Shown here piece after piece: positions 36,978 through 48,700 of a DNA stretch of 64,000 nucleotides. The notes under the pieces were generated by a model. The model was not told the origin of the DNA. It saw only the letters and a program-made list of their open reading frames with translations, and did no database searches. Made by a program: the position numbers and the translations under genes. The number at the start of each line of letters is the position of its first letter. The first letter of the stretch is position 1. The DNA is from Tricharina praecox (Eukaryota), in contig NW_026250412.1 in NCBI RefSeq assembly GCF_024521635.1, forward strand, positions 1,054,001 through 1,118,000. The letters run 5' to 3'.

Positions 36978-39261
36978 CTAATGCATAATAACCGCCACAT
37001 GATCATCCATATACTTACTAATATCTCCGAGAAAGCAGGCAGCTATGATACTAACCGCGCCAAACGCAATACTCGCCAGGTAGACATACCTATAACTCTC
37101 TGCAAACGCCAATTGCCCCGCCCTAACAACAATGGCATGTATCGTCTTATTCCCATCGATGCCAGGCAGGTGCAGAATCTCCTCTAGCAGCGCCTCGCCG
37201 GTAAGCTCGATCGCGTGTCTTATCACGGTCGTATTCCGGATCCCCATTTGAAACATCGAGCCGCCAACATACTTGATCGCCGCCGCCGTGAACTTGTGGA
37301 TGAACACGTTGTAGTACACCGTGTACCCGATCGAGCCGCCGATCACGCGGATTGCGAGCGTGAGGGCCGCGACGGTGGCGATCAGGTCGTCCGGGCAGAT
37401 TATGGTAGTCATTATTGAGGCGGGAACGACGATCCCGCCGATGCCGAGGGACGCAAGCGTCAGCAACCCCCACAGAGTGCCCAGGTTGTCGACGCGCGCG
37501 ACGGCGAGGGAGCCGCAGCCTGGGGGTTTGGTGTTAGTGCGTGTTGTGGTGGGAGGGGGGTGGGCGGGGTATACCCGCGGTCATGAGTACGGAGGAGACA
37601 ATCATCAGCTCTCTATTCCTCCCTCTGAAGACGCTGAGCAGCCAGAGGCAGAGCACCGCGCCGACAAGGATGCCAAATCCCACCGGGATGCCGCGGATGC
37701 CGACCTGGACGGGGTCGTGGCCGTAGACGTTGAACGCCTGCGTGGGCCAGAACATCAGGATGGAGAAGAAGTTGGCGCCGCTGATGAACGTGATGATCAG
37801 TGTCAGCACGAGCACGCGCGGCTCCTGCTTCAGCCGTGACGGGAACATCGGGTGCGACGTCCCGTACAGCTCCCAGATGCAGAAGGCGATCAGCATCATC
37901 CCGCCGAGCAGCAGCGGGGCGAGGACGTGCTCGGAGGTCCAGGAGTACTACTCATGTCAGTTCCGTTTTCTCACGTATCTGAAGGCCCGCCACCGTACCT
38001 GATACCCGCCCCACTGCAGTCCAGCCATAAACAGCACCATGCCACCGATGGACAGAACACCGCCGACCCAATCGATCTGGGCGAGGATCTGGCGTCTCGT
38101 CAAGCCGGTGGAATTGACTCTCGGCGGCGGAAAGTAGAAGAACAGGGTGGCGAAGAAGCCGATCGCCGCCCACACACCACACAGCAGGCCGATGTAGCGC
38201 CATCCATGTCTGCTAGCAATCAATTGCGCCCACAGCACTGAAGGCGCGAATGGGACTATGGTGAAAATCACTGCGGAAGATGGATGGGTCAGCGGAATCG
38301 CGGGATGAACGGAGCGAGGCACTGCTTACACACGGCGACATATGTCCCGCGTTTCCGCGTAGGGGCGAGCTCGGAGGTCGCGGCGAGTGCCGTGAGCTCA
38401 TTGATACCCGCGCCAACACCTGTGGGCATTCGGCATCAGTTCGTGATTCTTCCCAACTCCGGCGAGGGGGAACCTCACGCACCGGAAAGCGTCATCCCGC
38501 AGATGAAAATATTCATGGTTTTGGCAGTACTCGCAACCACCATGCCGAGAATCAGGAACCCGGCACCCAGCTGAAGGGAAAGCGATTAGCGAGATGCGGT
38601 CATCTTGGGTGGATTGATGATATTGGACATACCAAGCTAACGTAGCGACGTCCGACTAGGTCCGATAGACTGCCGACGAATGGACAGACCGCTGCCAAGG
38701 CGAGTAGATTGGCGAGGACCTTTTGGCCGGTCAGGACAGGTACTTGGATATACGCCGGACAGGGGATCACCCACAAACCAGATCCATCTATCCGCACCGC
38801 CGATATCGCGCTGTTCAGAGCACCCAGAGCTTCAGCATGAAACCCCCCGTAAAGTGATAGATGGCAATGTACATACGTAGATGTAGGGCGGAACTCCACC
38901 TGCATTCGATGTCAGCAATAGAAACCAGGAAACCCACAACAACAACAAATCACCGACCGAAGAGATATACAGGAATCTGTGATCCGGTAAACAGAAAGGC
39001 CATAGCCACGAATGACATGAAGCGGCGGAACGTCATCTGCAGGTTCATCACTCCGCTCCATCAGCCCAATCCCCCCGTCCCCGAACTCTATCAGGCTCAA
39101 CCCACCGGTGGCTCATGGATATGGTCCTCATCGTCGCCATCAACTCTCAGATCATTCTCGAGGTGCGGATGCTCCACCGCCGCCGTGCCCCTCGACTTCT
39201 CGCTATCGCTGACGATGCCGCCCGACGACGACGGCGTCGTTTCGTTCATAGAGCCAGCCAT
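36978..39261 (-). CDS. TRI12-like MFS efflux transporter, ~9 introns including 23 nt and 36 nt micro-exons
   Basis: Spliced product MAGSMNE...MTFRRFMSFVAMAFLFTGSQIPVYLFGGVPPYIYRDIGGADRWIWFVLANLLALAAVCPFVGSLSDLVGRRY, GAGINELTALAATSELAP, WRYIG, IDWVGG, ending MDDHVAVIMH*. Confidence 0.92.
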
Positions 39262-40762
39262 TTGGAAGGGGGAGGGGGGGAGGAAAGTAGAATCGCCAAG
39301 CAGGGCAGGGCAGGGCAATCGAAGGAGACGAGAACGGTAGCTAGTTGAGCTGGGCTGAGCTGGGTTGATCCAGGTGAGCCCGGAGTCTGGAGTCTGGGCA
39401 GCTGCAGTTCTGTAGTATATATATACACACATAGATACGAACTATCGGGACCCATGGGTTCCGATACCTCCTTCCTCCTCCTCCTGCTGCTGCTGGGACA
39501 ATCCTAGCCTCGGCATGTCCAACGCGGGGGGGAGAATTGTGGGGAAGAATCTAGAATGCTGGGATATCCAGTCCGGTCGTGGTGAACCGCAGCCGGGAAT
39601 GCAGGCTGCAGTGCGAGCGCTACACAGGAATGCCCCCGGTGATGGTGGTGGTGACACAACGCTTTGAATCTTCCATTGCGGGCAGTACTGGGAGATTCCC
39701 ACTACCGGTATGACATGTCCGCCCCGGGGGTCTCGCCGCTCGGAGGTCGAGTGTTCAGTATTGTTATCTCGGGAATGTGCACCTTCTGGATGCAGCGGTG
39801 TGTATGTTCTTGAAGCAGGGATCGACTAACTGGTGACGGAAGGGACCGTTCGGGCAATGTTGCGGACTACGTACGGACGACTTCCTCGTCACCTCGTGTA
39901 GGTACATTTCGCACCCTGATGGATGTCCGCTGTGCTACTGCTAACTAATCATGCAGATTCATGGGACTGGGACTGGGAACACGCAGATTCTGGAAGCGGC
40001 TATCCTGTCCCAAACAAGCGGAGTAGGTACGCCTCATGTGGTTATCCAGCTACCGACTCGTAACGTAAGATCGCAGTATATTACGTCCTCGTAACTAGTT
40101 CTTCAGATGACTGCTGCCTGATTCCACGGCCTGTCGTGTTGCCATACCTACCTGGTAGTACCTAGTACATACCGAATGACACCTCGTGCTCCAGCTACAC
40201 AGCGCGATATTCGAGATTCGTCCCACATCTCCACCATTCGTCCATCTAAGACGCATAATACTTGAGGCCTGAGCAGATATAAATGCATTGAAGTAGCGGA
40301 GCCTGGGAGCCTGAACGATAACGACCATGGGTCCGGGTCATGGTCATGTGAGATCACCATATGCATCGGTGCCCCGTCGGTGTGGAAGTGCACAGTGGTA
40401 CTTGACAAGCTACTGATAGTAGAACTAGGGTTCGTGTACTCTAGTACGCACGCACGTAATGTCGATATAACCTGTGGGACGCACCACCACCAGCAACCAA
40501 TCCTTTCGTGCACCGGTACCGGTATCTGACTCTCTACTCTAGTCGGACTCTTCAAGTTCCGTCCTCCGTCCTCCGTCCTCCCGGACTGCGTTTCCGAATG
40601 ACTCAGAAAGACAGGTCTTATTAGTGCAGCAAGTGGCTGTGTGCGATGATACCTATTCTCTGCAGCCGATGGGGTGCCTGTGCCATTGAAGGGCAATCCT
40701 CTACTATTAGGCCACCACCGACGAGGCCGTAACCGGCGATTATCGTTCTCCTACATCTCGTA

Positions 40763-40965
40763 CACGGAAAACCTCCGCGGGGCCTACCTACTACCTACTG
40801 GTCAAGACTCTACCATTATGCCACGCACGCAATGGAGCAATTTGAGCACCAACTCAACACCCGTGGGGGTCACAAAGCCACCTACTTACCGGGGGTGGTG
40901 AAGGTTTTTGTTATGGCGTTGGTTTCCATCGCAGTCAAATTTGGGATTGCACGTCATCTCACTCG
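40763..40965 (+). repeat. Pol III/tRNA-like cassette, degenerate copy C
   Basis: Head CACGGAAAACCTCCGCGGGGCC, tail AAGCCACC...GGGGGTGGTGAAGGTTTTTG, downstream TCACTCG. Confidence 0.6.
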
Positions 40966-42072
40966 TTTACCGAGTGATAACACATGGTTGTTGTGGTGAC
41001 GGAAGGCGCGTGATATCACCTCCTCCCAGGTTTTCATGACCGGTTCCGCCCCGCGCACCTCATCCCAGGGTCCCTTGGTTGATTCCGCCCCGTGCACCTG
41101 ATCCCAGAGATTCTTGATTGATTTCGCCTCGCGCACCCGATCCCGGGGATTCTTGATCGATTCCGCGCCGCGCACCTGATCCTAGGGTCTCTTGGTTGAT
41201 TCCGCGCCGCGCACCTGAGCCCACGGATTCTTGACTGATTACGCCCTGCGCACCTTATCCAGGGGATTCTTGATTGATTCCGACCCACACACCTCATCCG
41301 AGCTTCTCTTCCTCGATTCCGCGCCGCTCGTTGCGGAGATGGTGGCCCAGACTGGGATCATCTTGGGCGCCGCTAGTTTGGCCTCGTCAACGTCCATACG
41401 GCCTGAGGGCAAGGGCCAGAGCGAAGAAGGGTTCACTGGTCTGGGCGTCACTGGTTTGGCCTCCTTAACTTCCATACATCTTGAGGGCAAGGGCCAGCCA
41501 GCACATGGGTTCGCTGGTCTGCTGACCGGCGCCTTCAAGCCCTCGGTTTGCTTCGTGTGCATTTCATTGGCCGTCCGGGACTCGATGCGAAGGCTAGCGA
41601 GGTCGGTGCCGAGAAGCTTGTTGTCCTTCTTGAGGTCGGCCATAGCCTCCAAGAGAAGCTTGTTATCGCTCTTGAGGTCTGCGATGGCCTCCGAGAGAGT
41701 CGCGACTCCAACCGCGATATTGTCATTCGTCTCGTCGTGGAAGTCGAACGCGGTGCTGTGCAATCGCGGTTTCCATTCCGGTCCTCTGGGCTTCTTGCTA
41801 TCCCAAAGGAAGTTTTTCCAGTCGACAGCTGCATAGCGCTCCAAGTCGTACGCGGCTTCGCCGATTTCGTAACTGAGGATCTGCAACAGCTGGCGGATCA
41901 TGTTCTCGATGCAGGTGGCTTTCCGGTTGTCGTCGTTGAGCATGAACTTCGGATCGGGCTCGAACTTGCTGGGTTCGACGCTGCTTGACCGCTGATGACG
42001 CTGATGACGCTGACGCGGCACGTGCACCGGCTGGCCCTCCTTGATCTTCGCGTGCCTGTGGACCTTGCCCAT
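40954..42072 (-). pseudogene. Hypothetical coiled-coil protein with 13-aa C-terminal repeats, interrupted by a nonsense codon
   Basis: ORF 42072-41239 stops at a TAA that replaces GAA in one repeat unit. The same frame continues open to 40954. Confidence 0.6.
41042..41327 (-). repeat. 39-bp coding minisatellite, ~7 units (DQVRGAESIKNPR-like)
   Basis: Recurrent GATTCCGC(G/C)CCGCGCACCT.ATCCC.GGGATTCTTGATT units. Confidence 0.9.
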
Positions 42073-42553
42073 CGTGAACGGGCGTGAAGTCGAATTTTAT
42101 TCCGAAAAGGGAAAGGTACGCCACTTCTTGGCAAAACTGTGGAGGAGTGGGTGGTTGTCGGTGGTGGTGGTGGGATGAGGTTGTCGAACGTTGGACGGCC
42201 GAGATGATGGCTCGAATAAAGGTCCGTAGTGCGGAGGACGGGCGACCGAGCGACGAGTGCCGTCTTGAGAGGGTAGCCTTTGTCGAGACAATGAAAGTCT
42301 GAAGATATAGAGATGTCGCTGCTGTTGATATTATTGCTATATCGAATAAATCATCTTCATCTATCTTTAGCAAATGTGTTTTCTTTTTTAAAATCATTAC
42401 ATTTGACCTTAGTATGACCCCAGAAAGGGCTTATGGCCGTCGAATGCCCAGACGCTAGGAGACGAGTTTATAGATAATCCTTTTTTCTCTGTTTCTTTCC
42501 TATGTTTGGGCCTCTTCTCGCCTCCACGGCCAGCAGCAGAAGGACAAGGCGTG

Positions 42554-42785
42554 TCACGTGATGGTGACGGCCGAGTGATGTCCGGTGCACCACCTGTCAC
42601 TCCAAAAACAAAAACCATCACCACCCATGTGGGTAGCTTGGAACCCCAAGAGCAGGGGCTTTCGCCCCGGGTTAAACTCAGAGCTTCCCTTGACTCCCCT
42701 CGCCGATTGCATGGCCTAGGTAGTTGACCACTAGACCACGCGGGTTTTTTCGTACTGGAACCATGAATTTGAAAAATATAAACTG
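42554..42785 (-). repeat. Pol III/tRNA-like cassette, subfamily A copy 1
   Basis: On the minus strand: TATA-like element, A box TGGTCTAGTGG, B-box-like GAGTTTAACCC, GGTTCCAAGCTACCCACATGGGTGGTGATGG, TTTTTGTTTTT, then TCACTCGG..TCACGTGA. Confidence 0.8.
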
Positions 42786-43352
42786 GTAGGTGCCACCCCG
42801 CGCCAGAAAAGAACAACAACGGAATTCCGCCTACATATCCGTTCCTACACGGCGTCACCAGCCGCTCAGCTTGATACCGGTTCCCTATTACTCTCCGCTC
42901 AACCCTCCCCGATCAACCCTCTTCGTCGAACACCGGTAAGAAAGAGAGAAAAGGAAAGAAAGAAAGAAACTCCAACTCAACCTTCAGCGGGCGGCCTGGT
43001 GTGGCTTCCCCTGCCGTGCTCCCTGGCCTGTCCCAGCGATTCAAGTAGGTAGAGTGCACCATTGAAAGAACACTAGGAAAAACAAAATCCGCTCCCTACT
43101 TCGTCTCGCCCGCTGCCTCTTCATCTGGAAATGCCATGAAGGAAGGCGTGGGATAGAACAGCGGTTTTACAGACGGCTTTTTTGCCAACACCACTCCAGG
43201 GCGGAGGTAGGATCGAGAGGAGAGCACACACAAAGGAACGAGGAGATATGGAGGTTGATCTTCTATTCGGTATATGATGGTCGCTAAAGAAGAAGAAGAA
43301 GACGATGACGATGACGACGGAACCACTCGGTTGACCCCGCCATGGCCGCCAA

Positions 43353-43423
43353 CGTTGGTTCCCACCAGCGTTGATTCCCACCAGCGTTGATTCCCACCAG
43401 CGTTGATTCCCACCAACGTTGAT
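43353..43423. repeat. 16-bp tandem repeat (CGTTGATTCCCACCAG) x4
   Basis: Read directly from the sequence. Confidence 0.9.
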
Positions 43424-43712
43424 GCTCCGTAGTACTAACCACTTTAATTTTCGCCCGCCGACAGGTCCTCCTCTCACCCTACCTCTCGCTCCACCACACG
43501 GATGTTGTATGGTGAAGGTGATGAACGGGGATAAATATGCGATGCCAGGAATATTCGGCCGCGAGTCACGTATGGCATGGTGGTGGTGGCTGATCGACAA
43601 TTTACTTATTACTGGGGATAATACGATGGGTTCGTTTCTCTCCTCGAAGCGTGACACCCGATATGGGTCTCTTCTCGTCTCGCCTCCACAGCCAGCAGCA
43701 GCGCAAAACGTG

Positions 43713-43950
43713 TCACGTGATAGCTACCTCCGAGTGATATGGCGTTCCCCGTCCGCCATGAAAAAAACAAAAACCATCACCACCCATTTGGGTAACTTGG
43801 AAGCTCCAAGAGTTGAATACATAGGCATTCACCCGGTCTTGAACCGGGGACTTTCCCTCAGCGCCCCTCGCCGATTGCATAGCCTAGACCACTAGACCAC
43901 GCGGCGGTTTTTTGGTGCTAGAAACATGAACTCGAAAATTATGAAGTGGT
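43713..43950 (-). repeat. Pol III/tRNA-like cassette, subfamily A copy 2
   Basis: Same motif order as copy 1; B box GGTTCAAGACC. Confidence 0.8.
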
Positions 43951-45038
43951 GGGTGCCCCGCCATGAATAATAACAACGGCGGAGCGCATGGATAATTCCT
44001 CCATCTTACGCTGTAGTATCGCCTTTTTCGGTGCTGCGGTGCTGGCTTCTATGCCACCAGGAGATCATACTCAGCCGCGATTCGCGGAGGGCCTTGTGGA
44101 CAATGGACACCTGGTGACACGCTTCTCACTGAGGATAATATGGCGTGATTTCTTTTCTTCTCGCCTCCATGTTTTGTTTCTTTAATCACCATAGCATTCG
44201 ACCTTACTAGATCATGGCTGTATCACATGTCTGGTTCCACCCCACTGTCTCCGGCTGCTAACCGCGAGCTCGGTGTGGGTTTTGCTTTTGCTCCCCTCCA
44301 GGCCCTCTCTTGCAACATACTAAGGAAATCACAGATGTTGAGAGGCAGAGAAGAAGGAGAGAAGGAACAAACGAACCACTTAGATCCCCACATCCCACTC
44401 AACCCCGCTCGAGGCTACCGCTAGCTGGTCTAGTAACTCATCTCTATGTTCCCTTGGATCTGCCACTTCCTGATCCTGCTCACCCCGAGCCTTCCTCATG
44501 GCTCTCACTGTTACTCTCACCCAATATATTGCCGACGACGAGATCGTGGCCTAGCGGAGAAACAGCGGAGACTCTCCTCCCCGTTCCGCTCCCTTTCTGC
44601 TGCCATATCCGCCGCCGCTTTTCAACCTCTCCCCTAACCTCTCTAACCCGGTGACCAGCGTATTTTGTTGGGTCCGCGCCATTGCCCTAATGGCAGCGGC
44701 ACGGCCGAACTCTAACGCCTACATAGGGGGAGACTCTTGGACCCAGGTACGTCCGCTTGCGTCAGGTCCATGGATAGCCTGTCTCGTCTTGAACCTGTCT
44801 CTTATATCGTCTTACCTCGATGGGGAGATTTGGGTTCCTCGCCGTACGTTTTGCCTCCTTTATTCCCTCGATGATGAAGTTTATCGTAGGGATTCTCGCC
44901 TACATAGCCGGCAGTGCGAGGAAAACCGCGGGGAGATTTGGGTGGAGAGCACTATGGAAACGGTATCGAGCATGCGGCTACTTAAGATCGAACGCAATTG
45001 ATAATTGAACAAAAAAAAGCCGAACACTTAAAAGAGTA

Positions 45039-45260
45039 TCACGTGATACCTAAGTCACTTCCGAGTGATATGGTGTGCCCCGTCCGCCACGACAAAAACA
45101 AAAACCATCACCACCCATGTGGGTAGCTTGGAAACCCCAAGAGCAGGGGCTTCCACCCTGGGTTGAACCCAGAGCTTCCCCCGACTCCTCTCGCCGATTG
45201 CATGGCCTAAGTAGTTGACCACTAGACCTCGCGGGGGTTTTTTCGTGCTGGATAGGTGCC
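45039..45260 (-). repeat. Pol III/tRNA-like cassette, subfamily A copy 3
   Basis: A box AGGTCTAGTGG, B box GGTTCAACCC, same tail, terminator and TCACGTGA. Confidence 0.8.
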
Positions 45261-45523
45261 ACCCAACATGGACTGGATCAACGATGCAGTACCGCCCGCC
45301 AGATCGGAGTGCCTGCACGATTCTTCCATTCCACGCTGCGGTGTTGCCTGTTTGGATGCTCCTCCGGGCACTGGCTTCGATGGTTCCGCCAGGATATGTG
45401 AACAAAAATAAATCCAAATGCTATGCCAGAGATACTCAGCTGCGAGTCTCGTACGGCCTAGTTGCCAGCTGGCCAACCGCGTCTTACTGTATATATTATG
45501 GCGAGGTCTCTTCTATTCTCACG

Positions 45524-45850
45524 TTTTTTTTTTGTTAAATCATTAATTGCATTTCCTCCTTCTCCTCCTTCTCCTCCTCCTCCTCCTCCTCTTGGTCTAG
45601 TGGAGCTCTCCTCCCTACATCCGTCGTTCCTAAAAAAATCTAGTATCGCATCGCTGCACCACTCATCGGCGAGCAATTCCGCTATCGATCACCTCTCTTT
45701 CCTTCTCTTCGTCACCTTCCCAACCTTCTCCCACAAGGCTTTCTGCTGGCTTCTCAACCGTGAGCAATGCTTGAACAAGTGCTCTCGTGATTGCTTGGTT
45801 GGCCTGTTGCACCGTGATCGTCCTCCCGCTTCTTGATCCACTTAACCGGT
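45524..45850 (-). mobile_element. Degenerate 3' end of a non-LTR retrotransposon (Tad1/I-like LINE)
   Basis: Minus-strand translation KWIKKREDD..RCNRPTKQSREHLFKHC..QQKALW..IAELLADEWCSDAILDF (ORF2 C-terminal CCHC region), then a purine-rich 3' region and an A-tail at 45524-45533. Confidence 0.75.
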
Positions 45851-46644
45851 CTGCGCTCTCGATCCAAGGCTGCTTCCCGGCATGTCCCTGTTTATTAGTC
45901 ATCAACCACGGCCGGGCTACGAAGTAACGTGGCCCCCCAATACTCCATGTTGTCTGAATATCTCTGTAATCCCGGACATGAGTAAGAGGCATGCCCGCCC
46001 AAGTCAAATGTTACTGCTGTAGCCGCTGCGGAGCAGCTGCAGTGGGTGGTATTAAGAGCCGTGACAGTGACAGTGACTAGTTTAGCCGCCGACGCGCGAG
46101 GTGACTTCGACTAGTCTCCAGCTAGTGGCGTGTCTTGTTTACTCGCTCGTCCCATCTGACGAGCAAGTTTTGGTGGGGTCTAGCTGTTTGGCGGCGGCGA
46201 AAATGCTTGGAACCTAGCGGCTCCTAAAACGCCTACAAAACCCCCCTCTACTCCTCCTTCTCTCCTTCTCTTTACAACCATCACAGCTTCCTTTCCTCGT
46301 CGGCTACCTATTCACCCTTCCTTCCTTCCTTTCCACCCTCCATCCCTACTTCCCTTCCATCTAAGCCGGAGCTCAATCCTCGAGGTACGTCATTTTCTCT
46401 CCCCCGCTTTTTACTTCCAGGATAACCTTACAGAACTATCCTGCTCAGCCGGAGTAGCGAGGAACCGAGGAATCCGTGCAACCGGTCTACAAAGTAGACT
46501 ATTGCAAGAGACGGATCCAACCCTCGAGGCTGAGCAGAAAAGATTCAAGGACGGGGTTCTCTCTTCTGCTGCCGGCGAAGTTCTTTCCCCCTTCCGCCAG
46601 GAGTCCAAGTCGGGTGAGAGCCGACTTGCTCCCGGTGGATGGCT

Positions 46645-47050
46645 TCTCCGAAACCGGGTGACAGACGGTTTTGTGTTGACGAGGAATAAAAAAACAAAGA
46701 AACTATAACTTCCGAGTTCTACGCGTATAACCTGGTCTACTACCCCTCCAAGTTATACGCGTAGGTTTTGTTCCTTTGCTGTGAGAGAGCAAAGGTCTTT
46801 CCTCCTGGCCATGCATCGCATGTGTGAGAGACATGCCACATGCATGGCCAAGGCCCAAGAATCTCCGAAACCGGGCTACAGACGGTTTCGCGATGATGAA
46901 ACAAAAAAACCAAAGAAGGTATAACTTGGTCTACTACCGCCCCAAGTTATACGCATATAACGTGGTTTATTAAACCCCCACGGTATACGCGAAGGTCTTC
47001 TTCCTTTCAGAGCAAAGGTCTTTCCTCCGGCCATGCATGCGCCATTGGCC
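46645..47050. repeat. Imperfect ~200 bp tandem duplication
   Basis: CTCCGAAACCGGG..ACAGACGGTTT..GGTCTACTACC..CCAAGTTATACGC..GAGCAAAGGTCTTTCCTCC..GGCCATGCAT occurs twice in succession. Confidence 0.8.
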
Positions 47051-48439
47051 AAATGCTGTTGCTCTGGCCGCTGTGCGAGAGAACGACATTGACCTGGTGC
47101 GGGTTGGGTGCTGCTGGGGGCGGTAAGTAGTAGTGGGCGTTCGATGTGGCGAGCGGGCATGCACGCCGAAGAACTAAATCTTCTCCTGCAGCTGGTGCAT
47201 CGTTCGGCTTCGAGGACGGTGCGGTTGCGATCTCGATCTCAATCGCTGTTACCGTTGATTCCCGTGTAGTCACAGGATCATCACTCGGGTCATATTTCGC
47301 GGACCTCGTATGTAGATTCATGGATTCCGCTCAAAAGTCGCCCCTATATACAACATAGACGGCCCCCAATGCCCATACATGTGATGTATATCATATGGGT
47401 ATAGCTACAGCGGAGCTCTAAATATGTATCGCCGACTCGGCGAGAGGCAGAAGTGATGGAGGAGCTATCGACGAGAGGAAACGGATGTAATTACCGTGCA
47501 TGTTTACGGCAGTCAGCGGGGGGGGGGGGGGGGCGAACTTAAAAAGCTATCCGAAAGGCCCCTCTCTGTCCCTATCTATCTTTCATCATCCTTCACAGAA
47601 TAGATGACCATCATCTACCTCGTCTTTCCTCTGTGTGGCCCCCTCCCCGCCGGCGGCGTGGAGGGGGTTGGCAATCTATCCGGCTGCAAAACGTAATGTT
47701 TGGTTTTGGAACGGGTGTTGTGGAATTAGTGGTGATGCTGAGATGTAGCAAGTGCTGATTGTGGAGGGGGGTTACATTTTCAAAAGCGAGGAAGTCACCA
47801 GCAGAGATCATGGCTCAGTCGTAGCGAATTTCCCGGAAGGTGAGGGGTGCATGCCCCAAGGTCCCAAGCTGTTACAAGGATAGCAACCTTGGGGAGGACG
47901 CTCTTTTGCTGCGGTTCAAACCTGGGTTGCTGCTTTTCTTTTCGTTTGTTTTTGCCGGAGTGCCTAGCTAGATTATTACTTGCAGGGAGGATCATCACGA
48001 AATCATGGAAAAACACTCGTTCGTGAAGCACGTGATGTTTTGGAACGGGTGTCATGGAATTTGTCAAATATACTGAGATCGACAGGAGGATTGGTAGGAA
48101 GAAATGCCCGTTTTTTTTGCTTGCTTCATCTTCTACTCCGGGCGGGTGCCCCTCTATATATACAGAATATATCTGCCGTTGGGAGATAGACCCGCCGGCG
48201 AGCGCCGACTCCAGTCCCACTGATAGAAGTACAGCGCACCAAGGATATAATACTAAGAAAAGATAGATTTGGCTCCCTAATCTCCCTAATACGCCTCGCT
48301 CCCTGCCTCTTCATCAGGAGATGCAATGTCGGAAGTTGTGAGGAGAAGCAGCGGCAGTGAACTCAAACTCCTCAACCTCAACGCCCTCCTCGTCCCCGGC
48401 TGATCTCCTCTCTACCTGTCTATCTTCTCGCTCTCTTAG

Positions 48440-48700
48440 CTTTCACTCGGCATCGCATCGTGCTCTGGGACGTCTCTTCACCTCCTGAAGGTATTGGCCG
48501 GTGATGTAGTGTCCTGTCTTCAACTGGTAGACCGTAGAACTTTAAGGCCAGGCACCGTTTGGGGGCTATGACCGGGATCGGGTCGGGTATCTGACAAGGT
48601 TTCCGGCTGTACCTGCATTCTATGTTGGTTACTTTGGCTTCCGCCCACGCACACCATGGCCTCTTTCCACCTTGCCTCCAGGATTCCGCGGCTCAGGTAT
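48440..48700 (-). mobile_element. Second LINE ORF2 remnant
   Basis: Frameshifted minus-strand translation ..EARWKEA..PDP..APKR.LA.KFY / YQLKTGHYITGQYL, typical of Tad1-like ORF2 just before the CCHC finger. Confidence 0.65.

Noticed and set aside
38600-39105. Stwintron or unusual splicing around the MFS micro-exons
   Set aside because: All of these introns resolve as ordinary GT-AG introns that keep the frame.
45095-45170. HDV-like/theta or hammerhead ribozyme in the cassette tail
   Set aside because: I found no convincing P2/P1.1 pseudoknot, catalytic C or CUGANGA/GAAA core; simple hairpins explain the pairing.
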